The notes below the pieces were generated by a model. It did no database searches. It saw nothing but the letters and a program-made list of their open reading frames with translations, and had not been told where the DNA came from. DNA of 7,695 nucleotides from Candidatus Wukongarchaeum yapensis (GTDB lineage Archaea > Asgardarchaeota > Wukongarchaeia > Wukongarchaeales > Wukongarchaeaceae), in the NCBI GenBank assembly GCA_016840425.1, contig JAEOSI010000103.1:1-7695 (forward strand), written 5' to 3'. Shown here piece by piece: positions 1 to 5,177 of the stretch; position 1 is the stretch's first letter, and every line of letters starts with the position of its first letter. The position numbers and the translations under genes are program-made.

Positions 1-236
1 GCAGACATCGTGGATATCCCGATGATGCTTTCTTCCGGGAATGTTTCTTCAAATTTTTTCATCTTTTCGAAGAGTTTTTTTGAGGATATTACTTCTTTTT
101 TGTGGGGGAACATTATGAGGAGGAGTTCTTCTCTTTGCCATAGTTTTCCAAAGATGTTCTCTTCTTGGAAATTGTTATCTGGAAATGTTTTGGGTAAAAG
201 TTTTGTTTGGATTGTGGTTGTTGACACTTTTTCCAT
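1..236 (-). CDS. 5' part of a gene truncated by the left edge; possible FIST N-terminal (signal-transduction) domain protein
   Basis: Not in the ORF track. From ATG at 236-234 the frame is open to the window edge: MEKVSTTTIQTKLLPKTFPDNNFQEENIFGKLWQREELLLIMFPHKKEVISSKKLFEKMKKFEETFPEESIIGISTMS. The segment 'LLLIMFP...FEETFPEESIIGIST' resembles the FIST_N pattern (lvlvF...l...fp...iiGcST). The family call is tentative; the CDS itself is likely. Confidence 0.55.
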   Translation of the reverse strand, partial: MEKVSTTTIQTKLLPKTFPDNNFQEENIFGKLWQREELLLIMFPHKKEVISSKKLFEKMKKFEETFPEESIIGISTMS

Positions 237-283
237 CTCGAGCAAATATTTTGAAATCAAATAAATACTTTTCCGATTTAGAC

Positions 284-319
284 TCAATAGAACGGGGAAT
301 ATCTATATAGTTCTATTGA
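284..319 (-). promoter_or_regulatory. Perfect 10-bp inverted repeat overlapping a TATA-like element upstream of the left-edge gene
   Basis: TCAATAGAAC (284-293) / GTTCTATTGA (310-319) with a 16-nt spacer. CTATATAG (303-310) lies in the spacer and shares its last base with the right arm. The element is 48-83 nt upstream of the ATG at 236. Confidence 0.5.
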
Positions 320-473
320 CTAATCTTATAGGTTACTTTCTTTAATTTTGATTAAAAATAAAGAGGGAGAGGGGGTAAAAAGTGAACGATAGAACATTAA
401 AGATCTATGACGCTCTTTTTAATGTTTTAAAGTTAAAGACCACGCTATTAACTAAGATAAAAAATTTTAACTT

Positions 474-497
474 AAAAAATCAACTTTAAAGGTTGAT
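474..497 (-). terminator. Candidate terminator of the TPR gene (hairpin plus T-run)
   Basis: The minus strand reads ATCAAC-CTTTAAA-GTTGAT followed by TTTTT, starting 15 nt after the TPR stop at 512. Confidence 0.4.
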
Positions 498-511
498 CAA
501 AGGAAATTTTA

Positions 512-1504
512 CTAATTGTTAGATTTTTTCTTTATCTGGAGGAAGCCTGCTTTTTTGATCTTTGGTTCTAAAGATGGGTCAAGATCAATTGCACGTGCAA
601 AGCAGTCCATAGCTTGATTTTTTTGGTTTAATGTGTAAAGTGTTACGCCCCTGTTAAGCCAAGCTTTGGTGTATTGTGGGTCTATCTTTAAAGCTTGATT
701 GAAACATTCTAATGCTTTTTCAAACTCGCCTACGTGATAGAAGGTTACTCCTTTATCAATTAACGCTTTTTTGTCGTTGGGATTAAGTTTTAAGGCTCGG
801 TTGAAACATTTTAAGGATTCTTTTAATTCTCCCATGATTTGAAGTATTTCCCCTTTGTTTACGAGAGCTTCAACAAAGTTAGGTTCGATTTCTAAAGCCC
901 TATTAAAGCATTTTAACGCTTCTTCTAATCTTCCAACCTTGTGGAGTACTATACCCTTGTTGAACCATGATTCGCTGATATTTTCATCAATTTCTATCGC
1001 TTTGTTAAAAGAGTTTAAGGCCTCCTCATTTAAGCTCAACAAATGCAAAACGTTTCCACGATTATTCCAAATATCGGGGTTTACGGGATCTAAATTTAAG
1101 GCATGATCATAGCATTTTAGGGATTCATCAAGCATGCCTTTTAACCTTAAAGTTGCGCCTTTGTTTATCCAAGCTTGAGGAATGTCATACTTTATTTTCA
1201 GAACATGATCATAGCATTTTAGGGATTCATCAAATTTTCCCAAAATTCTTAGGGCATTACCTCTGTTAATCCAAGCTTCTATCAAGTTTTCATCGATTTT
1301 TAAGGCTTTATCGTAGCATTCTAACGCTTCTTTTACGTTGCCCAAAGCACGCAATGCCATTCCAAAGTTTGACCAAGCGTGTCCTGAATTGGGGTTTATC
1401 TTAAGGGCTTTTGAATAGCATTCTAAGGCTTCCTCATACTTTCCTTGAGCGTAAAGATGGTTTCCTTTTTGAAGTAATTCTTCAATATTTTCAGGCGCTG
1501 ACAT
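512..1504 (-). CDS. Tetratricopeptide repeat (TPR)-only protein, 9 tandem 34-aa repeats
   Basis: 330 aa with exact 34-aa periodicity of the TPR consensus (W/L-x-N-K/R-G...L...G...EEAL-x-C-Y/F-x-x-A-L-x-I-x-P) from residue ~7 to ~312. No other domain is visible. Confidence 0.95.
   Translation of the reverse strand: MSAPENIEELLQKGNHLYAQGKYEEALECYSKALKINPNSGHAWSNFGMALRALGNVKEALECYDKALKIDENLIEAWINRGNALRILGKFDESLKCYDHVLKIKYDIPQAWINKGATLRLKGMLDESLKCYDHALNLDPVNPDIWNNRGNVLHLLSLNEEALNSFNKAIEIDENISESWFNKGIVLHKVGRLEEALKCFNRALEIEPNFVEALVNKGEILQIMGELKESLKCFNRALKLNPNDKKALIDKGVTFYHVGEFEKALECFNQALKIDPQYTKAWLNRGVTLYTLNQKNQAMDCFARAIDLDPSLEPKIKKAGFLQIKKKSNN
1102..1233. repeat. Identical 30-bp direct repeat at one TPR period (102 bp)
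   Basis: CATGATCATAGCATTTTAGGGATTCATCAA occurs at 1102-1131 and 1204-1233. It encodes DESLKCYDH in TPR repeats 4 and 3. Confidence 0.95.
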
Positions 1505-1512
1505 TTTTCACG

Positions 1513-1529
1513 AACCTTTTAAAAAGGTT
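1513..1529. promoter_or_regulatory. Perfect palindrome AACCTTTT-A-AAAAGGTT just upstream of the TPR start
   Basis: 8-bp arms (1513-1520 / 1522-1529) with a 1-nt centre, 9-25 nt upstream of the ATG at 1504, in the region between the divergent TPR and DUF1858 genes. Confidence 0.45.
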
Positions 1530-1703
1530 ATAGTTATTTTTAGGTTCTCCTCCTATTAGTGGTTTATTAAATTGTTATCATAGTTTTTGGTATTTTTTTT
1601 GTAATTAAGTAACCCCTCAGTTAGCTAAAATATATAAAATAAGATGAGGTTTATTTATGTGACTTAATTACTCTATGAAAGTTAAAAAAGGTGTGATATA
1701 AAA

Positions 1704-1931
1704 ATGGTTGAAAAAATTGACGAAAAAATCACAAAAGATATGCTCATTGGAGAAGTAATAGGAAAATATCCTGAAACAATCAAGGTTTTTCACAGTCATG
1801 GTTTTGGATGTATAGGATGTGTTATAGCAGATTTCGAAACCATAGAAGAAGGAGCAGAAGCTCACGGAATGGATGTTGAAGGTTTAATAAAAGACCTAAA
1901 TGAGGCTGTTAAAAATAAAAAGAATAATTAA
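1704..1931 (+). CDS. DUF1858 domain protein (hybrid-cluster-protein-associated redox disulfide domain), canonical copy A
   Basis: 75 aa with the family pattern ITKDMLIGEVIGKYPET..VF..HGFGCIGC....ETIEEGAEAHGMDVE.LI.DLN, including a CxxC. SD-like AGGTGTGA at 1689-1696. Confidence 0.9.
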   Translation: MVEKIDEKITKDMLIGEVIGKYPETIKVFHSHGFGCIGCVIADFETIEEGAEAHGMDVEGLIKDLNEAVKNKKNN

Positions 1932-2271
1932 AAACTATAAGCTATTTAGAAAACCTTTTTCTCAAAAAGGAGTAGGTAGGTGGTTTTTGTTGGAAGATAA
2001 AATAACAGCAGATTGGAACATTAACGATATCGTAGAAGAACTTGGAGAAGAAGGAATTAAAGTACTTGATAAATATGATATTTGTGTGACCTGTTTTGTC
2101 TTCCGAGGGATAAAGCTTGGGACCTTAGCAGTTGTCCGGGAGATTGAATTAGATTCCCTAATAGAAGATTTAAATGAAGCTATTAAAAATAAAAAGGATA
2201 ACTGAAAAACTATAGGCTATTTAGAAAACCTTTTTCTAAAAAATAAGGGATCAGGTAGGCTGTTTTTATTG
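1885..2271 (+). repeat. Two-copy ~110-bp direct repeat (1885-1992 and 2159-2271) covering gene 3' end, intergenic region and next start codon
   Basis: The core AAAAACTATA(A/G)GCTATTTAGAAAACCTTTTTCT at 1930-1962 and 2205-2237 is 32/33 identical. The preceding coding tails (1885-1929 vs 2159-2203) are 38/45 identical. Both copies end in AGGTAGG-NN-GTTTTT-N-TTG. Confidence 0.9.
1990..2205 (+). CDS. Divergent DUF1858-like CxxC protein, copy B (71 aa; start re-assigned from 1900 to TTG 1990)
   Basis: MEDKITADWNINDIVEELGEEGIKVLDKYDICVTCF...LIEDLNEAIKNKKDN aligns with copy A. The TTG at 1990 is in exactly the same position as the TTG of copy C within the duplicated leader, behind AGGTAGG (1974-1980). 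Confidence 0.8.
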   Translation: MEDKITADWNINDIVEELGEEGIKVLDKYDICVTCFVFRGIKLGTLAVVREIELDSLIEDLNEAIKNKKDN

Positions 2272-2577
2272 ACTGATAAAGTTACAAAGGATTGGAATCT
2301 TCACAGGATCTTTGAAGAATTTGGAGACGACGGATTAGAGATAATGATTAAATATGATATTTGTTTGGATTGTTTCATTTCTAGAGGCTTAAAACTTGAC
2401 GCGGTTGCCTATACTAGAAATATAGACTTAAACGCCCTATTAGAAGACTTGAATAAAATTGCGGAAAAGAAAAAAAAGTTGAGGAAAAACATTAGCCTTC
2501 CTATTTTTTATTTTTCTAATTATAAGCTTTTAAAGTTAAAAAAAGAGGGAACATTTAGAAATTTCTTATTTGTTTAA
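2269..2577 (+). CDS. Divergent DUF1858-like CxxC protein, copy C; C-terminal ~32 aa probably a read-through caused by an A8 run
   Basis: TTG start behind AGGTAGG (2253-2259). It has KYDICLDCF and 34/71 identities to copy B by ungapped hand alignment. Homology ends near residue 70, at the A8 run (2470-2477). Confidence 0.75.
   Translation: MTDKVTKDWNLHRIFEEFGDDGLEIMIKYDICLDCFISRGLKLDAVAYTRNIDLNALLEDLNKIAEKKKKLRKNISLPIFYFSNYKLLKLKKEGTFRNFLFV
2500..2516 (+). terminator. T-rich archaeal terminator-like tract after the DUF1858 cluster
   Basis: CCTATTTTTTATTTTTC, 18 nt after the out-of-frame TGA at 2480-2482. The same CCTATTTTTT motif occurs on the minus strand within 7551-7564. Confidence 0.45.
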
Positions 2578-3170
2578 GAATAGTATTTTATGTTGCTTCT
2601 ATCGAAGTTTTCTACGAGTTCTACTAGACCCATTGTGGGAGGAGTCCAAGAGGCGTCAGGGTATACTAGGTTCGGTAGAAATTTGACTATGTTTTTAGCC
2701 ATCTTCGTTGCTATGTGATTTTGTCCGAAAAGTTTGTGACTTATTTCGTAGGCTATTTTTCTCGTCATTTCTTCGTTTGTCATGCCCAAGCTGTGTATGT
2801 ATTCGTGTAGGAGCACATGGAAAACGTATGGTTTGTAGAGGGTAGTGTTTGTCTCTCTTATTCTTCTTAGTGGTGTTTTGTTCATCACGATTATGTTTGA
2901 GCCTACAGGGTAGAAAGCTCCTATGAAGCCTCCTTGTGGTGCTCCTAAGTCGCTTAGACCTAAGTTAAGACCGGCCCTACCGAAACCTAAGACTTTTCGT
3001 ACACCTCGTTTTACTAATTCAAATATGTCTGAGAGACCTTTTGTCTTTTCTAGTCTTTCGGCAAACGTTTTTCCAGCTATTGTCATGCCTTCTACATTTT
3101 CTATTTTCCGGTTTTCGATTTCTTTTCTTTCTTCTTTTATTTCAAAGGGAAATTTTTCTTCTAGTTTCAT
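2574..3170 (-). CDS. Conserved archaeal-type HExxH zinc metallopeptidase-like protein (zincin)
   Basis: Contains GAFYPVGSNIIVMN...YVFHVLLHEYIHSLGMTNEE, i.e. an edge strand, HExxH and a downstream Glu. No signal peptide or TM segment is visible. The ATG at 3170 is preferred because the GTGAT just upstream looks like an SD; the ORF track uses GTG 3179. Confidence 0.75.
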   Translation of the reverse strand: MKLEEKFPFEIKEERKEIENRKIENVEGMTIAGKTFAERLEKTKGLSDIFELVKRGVRKVLGFGRAGLNLGLSDLGAPQGGFIGAFYPVGSNIIVMNKTPLRRIRETNTTLYKPYVFHVLLHEYIHSLGMTNEEMTRKIAYEISHKLFGQNHIATKMAKNIVKFLPNLVYPDASWTPPTMGLVELVENFDRSNIKYYS

Positions 3171-3216
3171 GTCTATCACGTTGATTATTTTTGGCGATTA
3201 ATTAACGAATAGTAAT

Positions 3217-3238
3217 CTATATATAGTTTACTATATAG
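3217..3238 (-). promoter_or_regulatory. TATA-like promoter elements for the HExxH gene
   Basis: The minus strand reads CTATATAG-TAAA-CTATATATAG: two self-complementary TATA-like boxes, the second preceded by an A-rich BRE-like stretch, 47-68 nt upstream of ATG 3170. Confidence 0.5.
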
Positions 3239-3285
3239 GGCGTTTTAAAAACTTCTCCCCCCTAAAAGGGCATTTTCATAGAACT

Positions 3286-4395
3286 TTAATTCTTAGCAAT
3301 CCCTATAAAGTCCGTTATCTGTTTCTGTCTTCTTTTCCCTTTAACAAAATTTGAGACTTTAACGCCTACCCTTCTTGCCTCAAGTTCAGTCTCGTTAATA
3401 ATTTTTTCAAAGAGTTCTTTTACAGTTTTTTTGAGAGATTCCAAGTCATTCGTAGGGCTTTTGAGGGTTTTAGATCGGGTGCGCATGTTCAGATCTGTCG
3501 TAATCATGATTATTCCGATAGTTTTGAAACTAAGACTTTGTTTTACAAGCCTTTCATGAACTTCTTCACACAAATGATCTGCTTCTTCTAAGATAACTTT
3601 CAAATCTCGTGTATTTTCATGCAAAGTATGGATTCTGCTTATGGATTCAGCTTCACCTCTTTCTTGAACAAGGTTATCGTCTATTCCCATCGCGGCATTG
3701 TGGAAATAAGCGCCCATACTTTTCCCGAAAAGTGTTATCAATTTCTGCATGTCATACTTTGCTAGGTCGCCGATAGTTTTTATTTCCAAATTTTCCATTT
3801 TCTTGACTGTTTTTCTTCCAACGCCGATAAGGCGCTTGACTGGCAGGGGTGATAAAAAGCTTTCAACTTCCTCAGGCTTGACTATAGTTAAACCGTCAGG
3901 TTTTTGGACATCGGCAGCAATTTTTGCTATAAGCTTGTTTGGCCCGATGCCTATGGAACAAGTGAGTTTTTGTTGGGCTTTAATCTCTTTTTTTATTTTT
4001 TGGGCTAGTTCTTTTGCTTCTTCAAAGTTTCCTTTAACTTTTTGACTCACGTCCAAGTATGCTTCGTCTATTCCAGCTTGTTGGAAACGATCTGCATAAC
4101 TCCTCAAAATTGTCATTATTTTCTTTGAAATTTCTGAGTAAAACTTGTGGTCTACGGGTAGGAATACAGCATCCTTATCCTCTAGTTTCTTTTTCGCCGA
4201 ATAGATAGGGATCCCAGATTTCACGCCATATTCTCTAGCTATGTAGTTTGCAGTGCTTACAGCTCCACTCTCTTCACTACGACCAGAATACACACATACA
4301 ACCACAGACTTGTCCTTGATGGATGAATTCCTCATCTCCTCGCATTGGGCGAAGAAGTAATCCAAGTCCACCAACATTATGACCCTTGACTGCAA
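3286..4395 (-). CDS. dinB: DNA polymerase IV (Y-family, DinB/Dbh/Dpo4-like)
   Basis: Motif I VDLDYFFAQCEE (catalytic Asp, Phe steric gate), STANYIAREYGVKSGIP, GIDEAYLD (catalytic DE), TCSIGIGPNKLIAKIAADVQKPDG, HhH LIGVGRKT, a little-finger domain, and a C-terminal PIP box QKQITDFI (3304-3327). TTG start with SD-like AAGGGGT upstream. Confidence 0.97.
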   Translation of the reverse strand: MQSRVIMLVDLDYFFAQCEEMRNSSIKDKSVVVCVYSGRSEESGAVSTANYIAREYGVKSGIPIYSAKKKLEDKDAVFLPVDHKFYSEISKKIMTILRSYADRFQQAGIDEAYLDVSQKVKGNFEEAKELAQKIKKEIKAQQKLTCSIGIGPNKLIAKIAADVQKPDGLTIVKPEEVESFLSPLPVKRLIGVGRKTVKKMENLEIKTIGDLAKYDMQKLITLFGKSMGAYFHNAAMGIDDNLVQERGEAESISRIHTLHENTRDLKVILEEADHLCEEVHERLVKQSLSFKTIGIIMITTDLNMRTRSKTLKSPTNDLESLKKTVKELFEKIINETELEARRVGVKVSNFVKGKRRQKQITDFIGIAKN

Positions 4396-4410
4396 AAATT
4401 GCTACCCCTT

Positions 4411-4434
4411 AAATGAAAACAACCGGTTTCATTT
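4411..4434. promoter_or_regulatory. Inverted repeat AAATGAAA-N8-TTTCATTT upstream of dinB
   Basis: Arms at 4411-4418 and 4427-4434, with a nested perfect palindrome AACCGGTT (4421-4428), 16-39 nt upstream of the dinB start. Confidence 0.5.
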
Positions 4435-4481
4435 TCTTAAAAAAACCGACACAGACCCCATTCTATCTAACTTCTTTATCA

Positions 4482-5009
4482 TTATTTTTCTTCTATTAAA
4501 GCCGATATTATTTCTCGGCAAAAGGCGGGTAAATCCTTGGGAACTCGAGAAGTTATGAGGTTTCCGTCTCTTACTACTTCTTGGTCGACGTAAGCTGCTC
4601 CTGCGTTTTCCACGTCGTCTTTTATGCTCATAAAACAGGTTACTGTGCGATCTTTTAATATTTTAGCAGAGACCAAGACTGAAGCTGCATGACAAATAGC
4701 TCCCACAACCTTCCCCTGTTCAAAGGCTTCTCTGACGAATTTTACGACAGTAGGGTATCTTCTAAGGCGGTCAGGGGCAATGCCTCCAGGGATTAAAACA
4801 GCGTCAAAATCCTTCGCATCTACCTCTTTTGCACTTTTATCAACTTTAACCTCATACCCATGTTTACTCTGATAAACATCATTTGTTCCAGACCCTACAA
4901 CCACAACTTCTGCCCCTTCCTCCTTCATTCGAAGAAGGGGATACCAAAGCTCAAGATCCTCATAACCGTTCTCTGCAAGGACGGCAATGAACTTACCTTT
5001 CAAGCTCAT
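4482..5009 (-). CDS. pfpI: PfpI/DJ-1 family protein (type 1 glutamine amidotransferase-like; intracellular protease/glyoxalase-deglycase)
   Basis: GYEDLEL (conserved Glu), DAVLIPGGIAPDRLR, nucleophile elbow GAICHAA, and VVRDGNLITSRVPKDLPAF. Clear SD GAGGTG at 5023-5018. Confidence 0.95.
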   Translation of the reverse strand: MSLKGKFIAVLAENGYEDLELWYPLLRMKEEGAEVVVVGSGTNDVYQSKHGYEVKVDKSAKEVDAKDFDAVLIPGGIAPDRLRRYPTVVKFVREAFEQGKVVGAICHAASVLVSAKILKDRTVTCFMSIKDDVENAGAAYVDQEVVRDGNLITSRVPKDLPAFCREIISALIEEK

Positions 5010-5127
5010 ACCAAAAACACCTCTTAACTTTCTAATAATTTCAGGAAGGAATAAGGCCTCATTCTTTCAACCATTAAAGGAAAATTTTTTGAGGATTACT
5101 TTTAAAGAACTCTCTCTCCTATTTAAA

Positions 5128-5152
5128 AATCCTTATTAAATAATCCTTATTA
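5128..5152. repeat. Tandem 11-bp direct repeat AATCCTTATTA in the region between the divergent pfpI and small genes
   Basis: Copies at 5128-5138 and 5142-5152 (14-bp period). They overlap a TATA-like TTATTAAA at 5133-5140. Confidence 0.55.
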
Positions 5153-5177
5153 TTAAAAGGAAAAGGAGGTTGTTTCC

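Noticed and set aside
10-264. 84-aa plus-strand ORF
   Set aside because: It is the Ser/Phe-rich antisense shadow of the more protein-like minus-strand frame starting at 236.
393-426. 9-bp inverted repeat AACATTAAA / TTTAATGTT
   Set aside because: The arms are almost entirely A/T in a very AT-rich spacer, so this is plausible by chance. A better terminator candidate lies closer to the TPR stop.
855-1106. 83-aa plus-strand ORF
   Set aside because: It is antisense and fully inside the TPR gene, with no motif or RBS.
1668-1865. 65-aa minus-strand ORF
   Set aside because: It is a Phe-rich antisense shadow of DUF1858 copy A.
1900-1989. N-terminal 30-aa extension of copy B as given in the ORF track
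   Set aside because: It overlaps copy A's 3' end and crosses the duplicated non-coding spacer. Alignment with copy C fixes the start at TTG 1990.
1930-2237. 33-bp direct repeat as a CRISPR array or SECIS element
   Set aside because: There are only two copies separated by a 242-bp gene-containing stretch, and no cas genes. The stems are AT-rich and there is no in-frame TGA at the Cys positions, so there is no selenoprotein signal.
2923-3201. 92-aa plus-strand ORF
   Set aside because: It is an antisense shadow of the HExxH gene.
3749-4045. 98-aa plus-strand ORF
   Set aside because: It is antisense and fully inside dinB.
4431-4436. ATTTTC matching the Sulfolobus UV-responsive ANTTTC hexamer
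   Set aside because: A 6-mer with one free position is expected by chance in AT-rich DNA, and it lies on the strand opposite dinB.
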